In this document: positions 57,554 to 64,000 of the stretch, one piece after another
How the letters are laid out: each line of letters starts with the position of its first letter
How positions within the stretch are numbered: position 1 is the first letter of the stretch
Assembly: GCA_902595755.1 (NCBI GenBank)
Contig: CACJRF010000002.1
Coordinates: 10,677 to 74,676, forward strand
DNA from: an uncultured Alphaproteobacteria bacterium
Lineage (GTDB): Bacteria > Pseudomonadota > Alphaproteobacteria > Methylaequorales > Methylaequoraceae
Direction: 5' to 3'
DNA length: 64,000 nucleotides
Program-made: the position numbers and the translations under genes
The notes under the pieces: model-generated
Told to the model about the DNA's origin: nothing
What the model saw: the letters and a program-made list of their open reading frames with translations, nothing else
The model's database searches: none

Positions 57554-60511
57554 ATGCTTTCTGATAAAAATATAAATAAAAATCAATCTAATCAATTGGT
57601 TAACAAGCACTACTCAGGCAATGGATTAGATATAAAGAATGCTCCCGAATGGCTTCCTAAAGCAAGCTTTTCAAGAAATGATACAGATTTAATTGCAACT
57701 AATTCAAACTTTGAATCTTATATTTTCATAGATTATTTTACTAATTTTGAATTACCTTCAATATTTACCAATAACGGCTTGATGTTAAAAGGTAATCTTG
57801 TCGAAACTTTAGCTGGAGCACTTTCTAAAGCTCAGTACGTTCAAGCCGCAAGTGGAGAAATTCTTTCTATCGGCGAGGTTTCAACAAAGGAAGGTTCTAT
57901 AATTGCAACAAGATTAGATGGAACTTCAACAGAATTAAATATTGGGGATCCAGTATTTCAAGGTGACACTATTGAAACGGTTGGTAGTGGCTCAGTTGGT
58001 CTTGTTTTTTTAGATAAAACTACCCTATCACTATCGGATGGTGGAAAAATGGTGCTTGATGAGTTAATTTTTGATCCAGCGACAGGCAATGGTAGCATGG
58101 CAGTTGACATGTTAGAAGGAGCATTTAGTTTTGTTAGTGGAGAAATAGCTAAAACAGGACCTGATGCAATGAAAGTTTCTACTCCTGTCGCAACTATTGG
58201 TATCAGAGGAACTACAGTAGCTGGAAAGGCAGCCGTTGAGGGTAATCAGAATTCATTTACTTTACTCCAGGATGCAGATGGTGGAGTAGGACAAATTTCT
58301 GTAAGTAACGATGGAGGAACTCAGGTTTTACAACAAGTTGGTGCTACAACTAGTATATCCAGTTTTACAGCACCTCCACCCCCTCCGATCATTTTAACAG
58401 CAGCACAAATTCAAGCTAATTATGGTACTGCACTTAATGTACTTCCCCCAACACCAACCGTAGCTCCAACACCTCAGACTGCCCCAGCACCCCCACAAGA
58501 AGAACAAGAGCAACAGGTTCAAGAAGAATCTCAAGAGGAAGAGTCTACAGATGAAGATGTATCTGAAGATGAATCATCTGTAGGTTCTGATGAGGAAGGC
58601 CAACCAGAAGGCGAAGAACTACCGGAAGGTGAAGGACCACCGGAAGGTGAAGACCTACTAGAAGGTGAAGGACCACCAGTTGGACCAGATGGAGAACCAC
58701 TTCCTCCAGGTGAAGGAGGCCCTCCATTGGGGCCAGACGGAGAACCACTTCCTCCAGGTGAAGGAGGCCCTCCATTGGGGCCAGACGGAGAACCACTTCC
58801 TCCAGGTGAAGGAGGCCCTCCATTGGGGCCAGACGGAGAACCTTTACCCCCAGGTGAGGGTGGGCCACCTTTAGGAGCAGATGGAGAACCATTATCCCCA
58901 GAGCAAGAAAATGCAGGTAGGGAGGCATTTCAACAAGCATTAGCTGATGGTGCAACCCCAGAGGAAGCTATGGCAGCAGCCGCAGAAGCTGCAGGTTTTG
59001 ATGGTCCAATACCTCCAGGAGGCCCAGAAGGAGATTTTGGTCCAGGAGGACCACAAGGACCAGGTGGTCCAGGAGGAGATTTTGGTCCAGGAGGACCAGG
59101 AGAACCGGGTGGTCCAGGAGGAGATTTTGGTCCAGGAGGAGATTTTGGTCCAGGAGGAGATTTTGGTCCAGGAGGACCAGGAGAACCGGGTGGTCCAGGT
59201 GGAGATTTTGGTCCAGGAGGAGATTTTGGTCCAGGAGGACCAGGAGGACCAGGAGGACCGGGTGGACCGGGTAGTCCAGGTGGAGTTCCATTTGGTGGGC
59301 TTGGATTTGCTGGAGATCCAAGTTCGGATATTTCTGTAAATCCCGGAGGTGATTTTGGTTCTCCTTTTGCTGGTCCGGGAGGCCCGTTAGGTGGTCCAGG
59401 TGGAATAGGGGGATTAAATTCTTCCCCATTTGGTGGTCCTAGTGAAGGATTTAATCCTTCTCCATTTGGTGGCCCTATTGGTTTTGGGCCTGCTGACCCT
59501 TATGGTGCTCCAGGAGGTTTTGGTCCTGATCCATTTGGTGGTCCAGGAGTTTTTGGTCCTGACCCATTTGGTGGTCCAGTTGACCCAATTATGGGTGGAG
59601 GTTATCAAATGGGATTCACAGACCCATTTGGTGGTCCTGTATTTAACGCAATTTATAATGATTTTGGTGGAGGTTTTATAGAGGCATACGGAGATAGTTC
59701 ATATATGATGGAACCAGTTTATTTTTTTGATGATCCAGCTCTTTATGATGATTATATTCCACCAGGAGAGTTTGAGGAGGAATATCAAACTGAGGAACTT
59801 AATCAAACTGACTTTACTCTAAGTGGTACCAGCAGCGCTGACAACATTAGTGCCTCCTCCTCTAATAGCTCTTATACAATTGCTGGTTATAGTGGTGGTG
59901 ATGTTATTACAGGTGGTGCTGGAAATGATGTTTTGTGGGGTGGACTTGGAATTGATTCTTTGACAGGTGGAGATGGTAATGATCAATTTTACTATACAGA
60001 TTTACTTGAAGGTCCTGATGTAATCACAGATTTTGGTCAGAATGCTGATCAAGATAAACTTCTTTTTGCACATTCACCATCATCTCCCTATACACGTACA
60101 TCAGTAGCTGAAGTACAGGGTGAAATTGGAGATTTTGATTATTCAGCGAATGGAAACATTTTACCGTACGTCTTTGCATTTGAAGATTCCAGTCTTTATG
60201 GGGTAACCAGTAAAAGTGTTTTAGCAACGACTTTAGCAAACGGTAATTTTAAAATTTGGGCTGATCAAGCAAATAATCAAGCTCTTGCAGGTGAGCAGTA
60301 TTTTCTTCTTACACCAGGTGCATCAGACACAGGAATTAATGTTTTTGTTTGGACAGACGGAAAAACCCCGCAAGGACAAAATACTGGAACAAGCGACGGC
60401 GTTGTTGATTCAACTGAGCTTTCATATATAGCTAGCTTAGCTGGTGGAGATACGAGTAACATTACTGGAGATGAATTTGCATTCCAATCAATTTCTGGTT
60501 TTAGTGTTTAA
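57554..60511 (+). CDS. large secreted protein: FecR-like N-terminal domain, acidic + Pro/Gly/Phe-rich repeat spacer, RTX Ca-binding repeats (predicted T1SS substrate), paralogue 1
   Basis: 985 aa with no Cys and no Sec signal peptide. FecR-like block [40 protein letters not shown] (about nt 57870-58230). Tandem [16 protein letters not shown] and GDFGPG repeats. RTX nonapeptides [28 protein letters not shown] (about nt 59890-59996). Confidence 0.85.
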   Translation: MLSDKNINKNQSNQLVNKHYSGNGLDIKNAPEWLPKASFSRNDTDLIATNSNFESYIFIDYFTNFELPSIFTNNGLMLKGNLVETLAGALSKAQYVQAASGEILSIGEVSTKEGSIIATRLDGTSTELNIGDPVFQGDTIETVGSGSVGLVFLDKTTLSLSDGGKMVLDELIFDPATGNGSMAVDMLEGAFSFVSGEIAKTGPDAMKVSTPVATIGIRGTTVAGKAAVEGNQNSFTLLQDADGGVGQISVSNDGGTQVLQQVGATTSISSFTAPPPPPIILTAAQIQANYGTALNVLPPTPTVAPTPQTAPAPPQEEQEQQVQEESQEEESTDEDVSEDESSVGSDEEGQPEGEELPEGEGPPEGEDLLEGEGPPVGPDGEPLPPGEGGPPLGPDGEPLPPGEGGPPLGPDGEPLPPGEGGPPLGPDGEPLPPGEGGPPLGADGEPLSPEQENAGREAFQQALADGATPEEAMAAAAEAAGFDGPIPPGGPEGDFGPGGPQGPGGPGGDFGPGGPGEPGGPGGDFGPGGDFGPGGDFGPGGPGEPGGPGGDFGPGGDFGPGGPGGPGGPGGPGSPGGVPFGGLGFAGDPSSDISVNPGGDFGSPFAGPGGPLGGPGGIGGLNSSPFGGPSEGFNPSPFGGPIGFGPADPYGAPGGFGPDPFGGPGVFGPDPFGGPVDPIMGGGYQMGFTDPFGGPVFNAIYNDFGGGFIEAYGDSSYMMEPVYFFDDPALYDDYIPPGEFEEEYQTEELNQTDFTLSGTSSADNISASSSNSSYTIAGYSGGDVITGGAGNDVLWGGLGIDSLTGGDGNDQFYYTDLLEGPDVITDFGQNADQDKLLFAHSPSSPYTRTSVAEVQGEIGDFDYSANGNILPYVFAFEDSSLYGVTSKSVLATTLANGNFKIWADQANNQALAGEQYFLLTPGASDTGINVFVWTDGKTPQGQNTGTSDGVVDSTELSYIASLAGGDTSNITGDEFAFQSISGFSV
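57641..58456 (+). repeat. paralogous block A (N-terminal region incl. FecR-like domain), copy 1 of 2
   Basis: Aligns by eye along its whole length with 60746-61565. Long stretches are identical at the amino-acid level (e.g. [35 protein letters not shown]) but differ at many synonymous sites. Confidence 0.9.
58682..58900 (+). repeat. in-frame 48-bp tandem repeat ([16 protein letters not shown]), about 4.5 copies
   Basis: Copies at 58682-58729, 58730-58777, 58778-58825 and 58826-58873, plus a partial copy. Copies 2 and 3 are identical at 48/48 nt. Copy 1 differs at 2 synonymous positions. Copy 4 is diverged. Confidence 0.95.
59030..59285 (+). repeat. in-frame 18-bp tandem repeat ggagattttggtccagga (GDFGPG) interleaved with [10 protein letters not shown] units (a 45-bp higher-order unit occurs twice)
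   Basis: Direct reading shows at least 7 near-identical GDFGPG units. The unit ggagattttggtccaggaggaccaggagaaccgggtggtccagg is repeated. Confidence 0.9.
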
Positions 60512-60673
60512 ATATTAAATATAGTCCTCCTTGCATTATTTCACTAATAATGTAATATGTGCATGTATTTGCTTTCAAAGTGTAGACATAAAAATAAACT
60601 AAATTAAAAAGTTTAAGTTAATTTCAGTTTAGGTATGATTATTAATAATTCAGATACTAAATAGATCAACTTT

Positions 60674-63649
60674 ATGTTTACAAATCAGATAGACAAGATC
60701 AATAATAAATCAATATTTGCGGGTTCACCTAATCTTATCAAGAATCTTCCGGATTGGTTGCCAAAGGCCGACTTTCACAGATCTTCAAGTGATTTAGTAG
60801 CTAAATCAAGTTCAAATAATGAGCAAATAACATTGGTTGATTATTTTTCTAACTTTGACCTTCCATCAGTCTTAACCAGTAATGGTCTTTTATTAAATGG
60901 TTCACTGTTATCAACTTTAGCAGGGCCAGTTTCAATTGGAAAATATGCTCAAGCAGCTGAAACAGAAGTTCTCTCAATTGGAGAAGTAACAAGTGTCAAC
61001 GGAACGGTTAAGGCTACTAGAGTTGATGGAAACATTTTTGAGTTAAGTGTTGGAGACCCTGTGTTTCAGGGAGATACAATTGAAACTACTGGTAATGGGT
61101 CTGTTGGTTTAGTTTTTATAGATAAAACTACTTTTTCACTATCCGAGGGTGGAAAAATGGTACTTGATGAACTTGTTTATGACTCATCAACTGGAAATGG
61201 TAGTATGACTGTTGATATGTTAGAAGGAGCTTTCAGTTTTATAAGTGGTGAAGTAGCAAAAACTGGACCTGATGCCATGCAACTAAAAACACCAGTTGTA
61301 ACCATGGGAATAAGAGGAACAACAGTGGCTGGTAAGGCAGCAGTTGAAGGTAATGAAAATTCATTTACACTTCTGCAAGATGCAGATGGTGGTGTTGGTC
61401 AAATTTCTGTAAGTAATGATGGAGGAACCCAAGTGTTATCTCAGGTTGGTGCAACAACAGTTGTATCTAGTTTCACCGCAGCTCCACCTCAACCCATAAT
61501 TTTGACAACGGCACAAATCCAGGCAAATTATGGAACAGCTCTTAACGTTTTACCTCCAACTCCAGCTGTAGCACCTCAGCCTCAATCTGCACCACCACCC
61601 CAAGAGGAGGTGCAAGAAGAGGCAACACAAGAAGAAACAGAGGAAGATAGCGATGAGAATTCTGAAGAGGAAGGAAATGAAGATGTATCAGAAGAGGGGG
61701 ACAGTGAATCTGATGGTGAGGAAAATCAATCTGAGGAAGGTCTTCTAGAAGAAGAGGGAGTTGCAGAAGGGGACGGTGAGGCGCTAGAAGGAGAGGGACC
61801 ACCAGAAGGAGAAGGCACTTCTGAAGAGGAAGGTCCTCTAGATGGAGAGGGTCCTCCCCCAGAAGGTGGAGAAGAGGGCCCAGCATTAGGACCTGATGGC
61901 GAAGCCTTATCTTCAGAACAAGAACCTGCTGGGGAAGAAGCATTTGAACAAGCCATAGCAGACGGGGCTACACCGGAAGAAGCTATGGCAGCTGCAGCTG
62001 CAGCTACAGGTTTTGATGGTCCTGCAGCTCCAGGAGAACTAGGAGGCCCTGAAGGACCTGGAGGCCCAGGAGATTTAGGACCTGGAGGCCCGGGAGATTT
62101 AGGACCAGCAGGAGGCACGGGGGATTTAGGGCCAGCAGGAGGTCCTGAAGGACTATCGGGAGGAAATCTTGGTGACCCTTTTAGTAGTCCAGGTAATCCA
62201 GGAAATTTTGGAGTTCCCAGTGGATTTAGTCCCTCTTCATTGGGTGGCCCTGTTGGAGGTTTTAATTCATCTCCATTTAGTAGTCCAGTTGGTTTTGCTG
62301 CTGGCCCTTATGGTGACATTGGAATTGGTCCTGACCCGTTTGGTGGCGTTCCGGGAGGTTTTGGTCCTGATCCATTTGGAAGTCCAATTGGCGGTCCAGA
62401 TTTATTTGGTGGACCCGAACTTGCAGGTTATGAAGATTTGAGTACCATGGAATCTTTCGAACCAATCTTTTTCTTTGATGATCCTTCTTTATATAATGAC
62501 TTTTTAGAACCTCCACTTGAATTAGAAGAGAATCTAGGATCCTCATCTTCTAATGCGGGACAAACTTTAACCGGCGATTCCGGATCTAATGTAATTAATG
62601 GGACTGATGGCGATGATACAATTGATGGAGGCTTAGGTGTTGATACACTAACTGGGGGTAATGGAAGTGATATTTTTGTTTTATCTGATTTTGGTGATAC
62701 AATTACTGATTTCACTACATCAGATTCTTTGAGAATAAATTTTACCTTTGACCCTCCATCAACAACCTATAATGTAGTAAGATCAGATTTCTATACATTT
62801 GAGGCATCTTCTTCTACTGGATCATTGACATGGAACTCCACACCATCAAGTTCTTCACAAATTATAACTGAAACAGAGAGTAACGGTGCATTTAGTAATG
62901 CTCAAGTAATTAGCAGATCTTCTTTTAAAGTTACTGCTAACCCAGAAGTTGGTAATGATACAGATCCTTGGGTAAATATCGAAAGTGGTTATATAAGTAA
63001 TGGTGTTGATATTTTTAAGGTAGATTTACAAGCAGGGGAAAAACTGACAGTTGATGTAGATTATGGTGATTCTTTTAGTAGAAGTTTTGATTCTTATATT
63101 ACAATTTATGATTCAACTTATAACAGTGTAGCTGAAAATGACAACTCATTAGTTTCACAAGGTGGGACAGGAAGTTCTGGAACATTAGATTCATTTGTAG
63201 AATATACAACGAATTCAAATCAAACCCATTATATATTTGTAGAGGATGCTCCCAAGAATTCAAACTCAAATACAACTGGAGACTATGAATTAAATATTAG
63301 TATAACTCCAACTGCTTCATCTACAGGATTAGGTGTGAGTTCGAGTAGTAATGTCGGTGGAAATAACGAATTACCGTATGTAATAAATTTAGTTGAGGAT
63401 ACGAGTAATTACCTTTCAAAAAGTTTCAAAAGTGGTTTGGTTTCTTCTATTAGATATACAAATGCTACAACTAATACTGGAAGTGAAATATTCCTTGTTG
63501 CTGGTGACGGTACAAATAGTGCTATTTGGATGTGGGATGATTTATCACAAGGGTATGGAATAAGTGATAATGAGTTAACATTTGTGGCTCATTTAGAAAA
63601 TTTTGATAATGATAATCTATCAAGCTCACAAATTTCTTTTACGTCATAA
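60674..63649 (+). CDS. large secreted protein: FecR-like N-terminal domain, acidic/Pro-Gly spacer, RTX repeats, PPC (pre-peptidase C-terminal)-like domain (predicted T1SS substrate), paralogue 2
   Basis: 991 aa with no Cys and no Sec signal. The N-terminal ~300 aa are closely similar to paralogue 1. RTX block GTDGDDTIDGGLGVDTLTGGNGSDIFVL (about nt 62575-62690). PPC-like domain ETESNGAFSNAQVI...DIFKVDLQAGEKLTVDV...ITIYDS...GDYELNISI (about nt 62872-63312). Confidence 0.85.
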   Translation: MFTNQIDKINNKSIFAGSPNLIKNLPDWLPKADFHRSSSDLVAKSSSNNEQITLVDYFSNFDLPSVLTSNGLLLNGSLLSTLAGPVSIGKYAQAAETEVLSIGEVTSVNGTVKATRVDGNIFELSVGDPVFQGDTIETTGNGSVGLVFIDKTTFSLSEGGKMVLDELVYDSSTGNGSMTVDMLEGAFSFISGEVAKTGPDAMQLKTPVVTMGIRGTTVAGKAAVEGNENSFTLLQDADGGVGQISVSNDGGTQVLSQVGATTVVSSFTAAPPQPIILTTAQIQANYGTALNVLPPTPAVAPQPQSAPPPQEEVQEEATQEETEEDSDENSEEEGNEDVSEEGDSESDGEENQSEEGLLEEEGVAEGDGEALEGEGPPEGEGTSEEEGPLDGEGPPPEGGEEGPALGPDGEALSSEQEPAGEEAFEQAIADGATPEEAMAAAAAATGFDGPAAPGELGGPEGPGGPGDLGPGGPGDLGPAGGTGDLGPAGGPEGLSGGNLGDPFSSPGNPGNFGVPSGFSPSSLGGPVGGFNSSPFSSPVGFAAGPYGDIGIGPDPFGGVPGGFGPDPFGSPIGGPDLFGGPELAGYEDLSTMESFEPIFFFDDPSLYNDFLEPPLELEENLGSSSSNAGQTLTGDSGSNVINGTDGDDTIDGGLGVDTLTGGNGSDIFVLSDFGDTITDFTTSDSLRINFTFDPPSTTYNVVRSDFYTFEASSSTGSLTWNSTPSSSSQIITETESNGAFSNAQVISRSSFKVTANPEVGNDTDPWVNIESGYISNGVDIFKVDLQAGEKLTVDVDYGDSFSRSFDSYITIYDSTYNSVAENDNSLVSQGGTGSSGTLDSFVEYTTNSNQTHYIFVEDAPKNSNSNTTGDYELNISITPTASSTGLGVSSSSNVGGNNELPYVINLVEDTSNYLSKSFKSGLVSSIRYTNATTNTGSEIFLVAGDGTNSAIWMWDDLSQGYGISDNELTFVAHLENFDNDNLSSSQISFTS
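60746..61565 (+). repeat. paralogous block A, copy 2 of 2
   Basis: See 57641-58456. Confidence 0.9.
62057..62150 (+). repeat. in-frame 24-27-bp tandem repeat (PGGPGDLG / PAGGTGDLG), about 3.5 copies
   Basis: The sequence reads cctggaggcccaggagatttagga / cctggaggcccgggagatttagga / ccagcaggaggcacgggggatttaggg / ccagcaggaggtcct... Confidence 0.8.
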
Positions 63650-63710
63650 ATTTATGAAGAATAAATTATAAAAAAAATTATTTAAGGGTTATAATAGCGT
63701 AGTTAAAAAA

Positions 63711-64000
63711 ATGCTATATTGGCTTGAAATATTAAAAAAAAGCAACTCTCTTGGAATTGTTTTAGTTCTTTCACTTTTAATAACTTTCATGGGGTTATTA
63801 AGCCCAATTTTTATAATTCATATTTTTAATAGGTATATAACTTTTGGTCTTGAGGGAACTTTATATTTTTTAGTTATTGGTGCTCTTTTAGTTGCATCAT
63901 TTGAATTTCTTTTTCGAAATCTACGAAATGCAATTTTTGAGCAAGTTATAATAGGCCCAACTAAAAGTGCAAAATTAGAGATTTTCAACAGGTCATTTGA
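63711..64000 (+). CDS. type I secretion system permease/ATPase (PrtD/HlyB-family ABC transporter), N-terminal fragment, continues past window end
   Basis: Hand-translated from ATG 63711: MLYWLEILKKSNSLGIVLVLSLLITFMGLLSPIFIIHIFNRYITFGLEGTLYFLVIGALLVASFEFLFRNLRNAIFEQ... The pattern (.S..iN.L.L..P.f...v.dRv......tL..L.....) fits TM1-TM2 of T1SS ABC exporters. Its position directly after the RTX genes supports the call. Confidence 0.7.
   Translation, partial: MLYWLEILKKSNSLGIVLVLSLLITFMGLLSPIFIIHIFNRYITFGLEGTLYFLVIGALLVASFEFLFRNLRNAIFEQVIIGPTKSAKLEIFNRSF

Noticed and set aside
58682-59285. Regularly spaced direct repeats that could superficially suggest a CRISPR array.
   Set aside because: The repeats are contiguous with no unique spacers. 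Their lengths (48 and 18 bp) are multiples of 3, and they are in frame within a long ORF encoding Pro/Gly-rich peptide units. No cas genes are present.
58545-59681. Several long ORFs on the minus strand and in alternative plus frames (58545-58955, 58665-58874, 58947-59339, 58968-59429, 59414-59608, 59430-59681) inside the first RTX-type gene.
   Set aside because: They lie entirely within GC-rich in-frame tandem repeats, where stop codons are rare in every frame. Their translations are repetitive echoes (LHLEEVV.., ILVQE..) of the [19 protein letters not shown] frame, which is the one continuous with the conserved FecR and RTX domains.
60533-60553. Short hairpin (gcattatt-tcact-aataatgt) after the first RTX-type gene, as a possible terminator.
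   Set aside because: The stem is AT-only, 7-8 bp with a wobble pair, and has no following T-tract. That is too weak to call a Rho-independent terminator.
58400-62450. GC-rich islands as evidence of horizontally acquired DNA.
   Set aside because: The GC excess is confined to the Gly/Pro/Glu/Ala-rich portions of two ORFs. The flanking domains of those same ORFs have the AT-rich composition and codon style of the rest of the window, so amino-acid composition explains the shift.
61542-62715. Alternative-frame and antisense ORFs (61542-61943, 61726-62118, 62169-62441, 62277-62546, 62428-62715) inside the second RTX-type gene.
   Set aside because: Same reason. They are low-complexity GC-rich coding sequence that is open in several frames, and only the 991-aa frame connects recognisable domains.
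1-64000. Search for mobile elements, prophage genes, integrases, IS inverted repeats, rRNA operons and classical defence genes (restriction-modification, cas, abortive infection).
   Set aside because: No ORF in the track shows transposase, integrase, phage structural or restriction/methylase motifs. The only nuclease-like accessory gene (17353-18075) is paired with a ligase, which fits repair better than defence.

Overview
Strongly AT-rich, very gene-dense chromosomal segment. Most neighbouring genes touch or overlap by 1-17 nt and there is almost no intergenic DNA. Gene content and synteny are alphaproteobacterial: pcm-like/tolC/valS; scpA-scpB-tatABC-serS-pcm-nlpD; yajC-secD-secF; an NDUFS4-type complex I accessory subunit; a Rickettsia-17-kDa-type glycine-zipper lipoprotein. 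With the composition and packing, this points to a streamlined marine SAR11/Pelagibacterales-like genome; that is an inference, as no search was possible. Positions 1-50 kb are mostly core housekeeping: hisI/folE, an RND pump, rpe-fba(class I)-pgk-tkt, a reduced-sulfur Cys/Met cluster, three aaRS genes, ilvD, xth, erpA, Tat and Sec components, and tRNA-Asn and tRNA-Cys. A few small accessory-looking modules sit among them: an ATP-dependent ligase with a Cas4-like nuclease and an SP-lyase-family enzyme; a YVTN propeller, SRPBCC protein and MMPL exporter; and an ABC-2/GT2/epimerase mini-cluster. Positions 50.7-52.7 kb hold small, poorly defined ORFs, two of them with start or frame anomalies. 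The stand-out region is 52.6-64 kb, one same-strand, translationally coupled gene string. In order it encodes a repeat-containing coiled-coil protein, a soluble GAF-GAF-PAS class III adenylate cyclase, a small HD protein whose metal-binding motifs look like class I (eukaryote-type) cNMP phosphodiesterase, and a dedicated TolC. These are followed by two paralogous ~1000-aa cysteine-free proteins (FecR-like N-terminal domain, long acidic then Pro/Gly/Phe-rich low-complexity spacer with perfect DNA tandem repeats, a minimal RTX block, a shared C-terminal domain) and the start of a type I secretion ABC transporter. I consider this cNMP-module-plus-T1SS locus the best candidate for an undescribed system. 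No CRISPR arrays, rRNA, transposases or prophage genes were seen.
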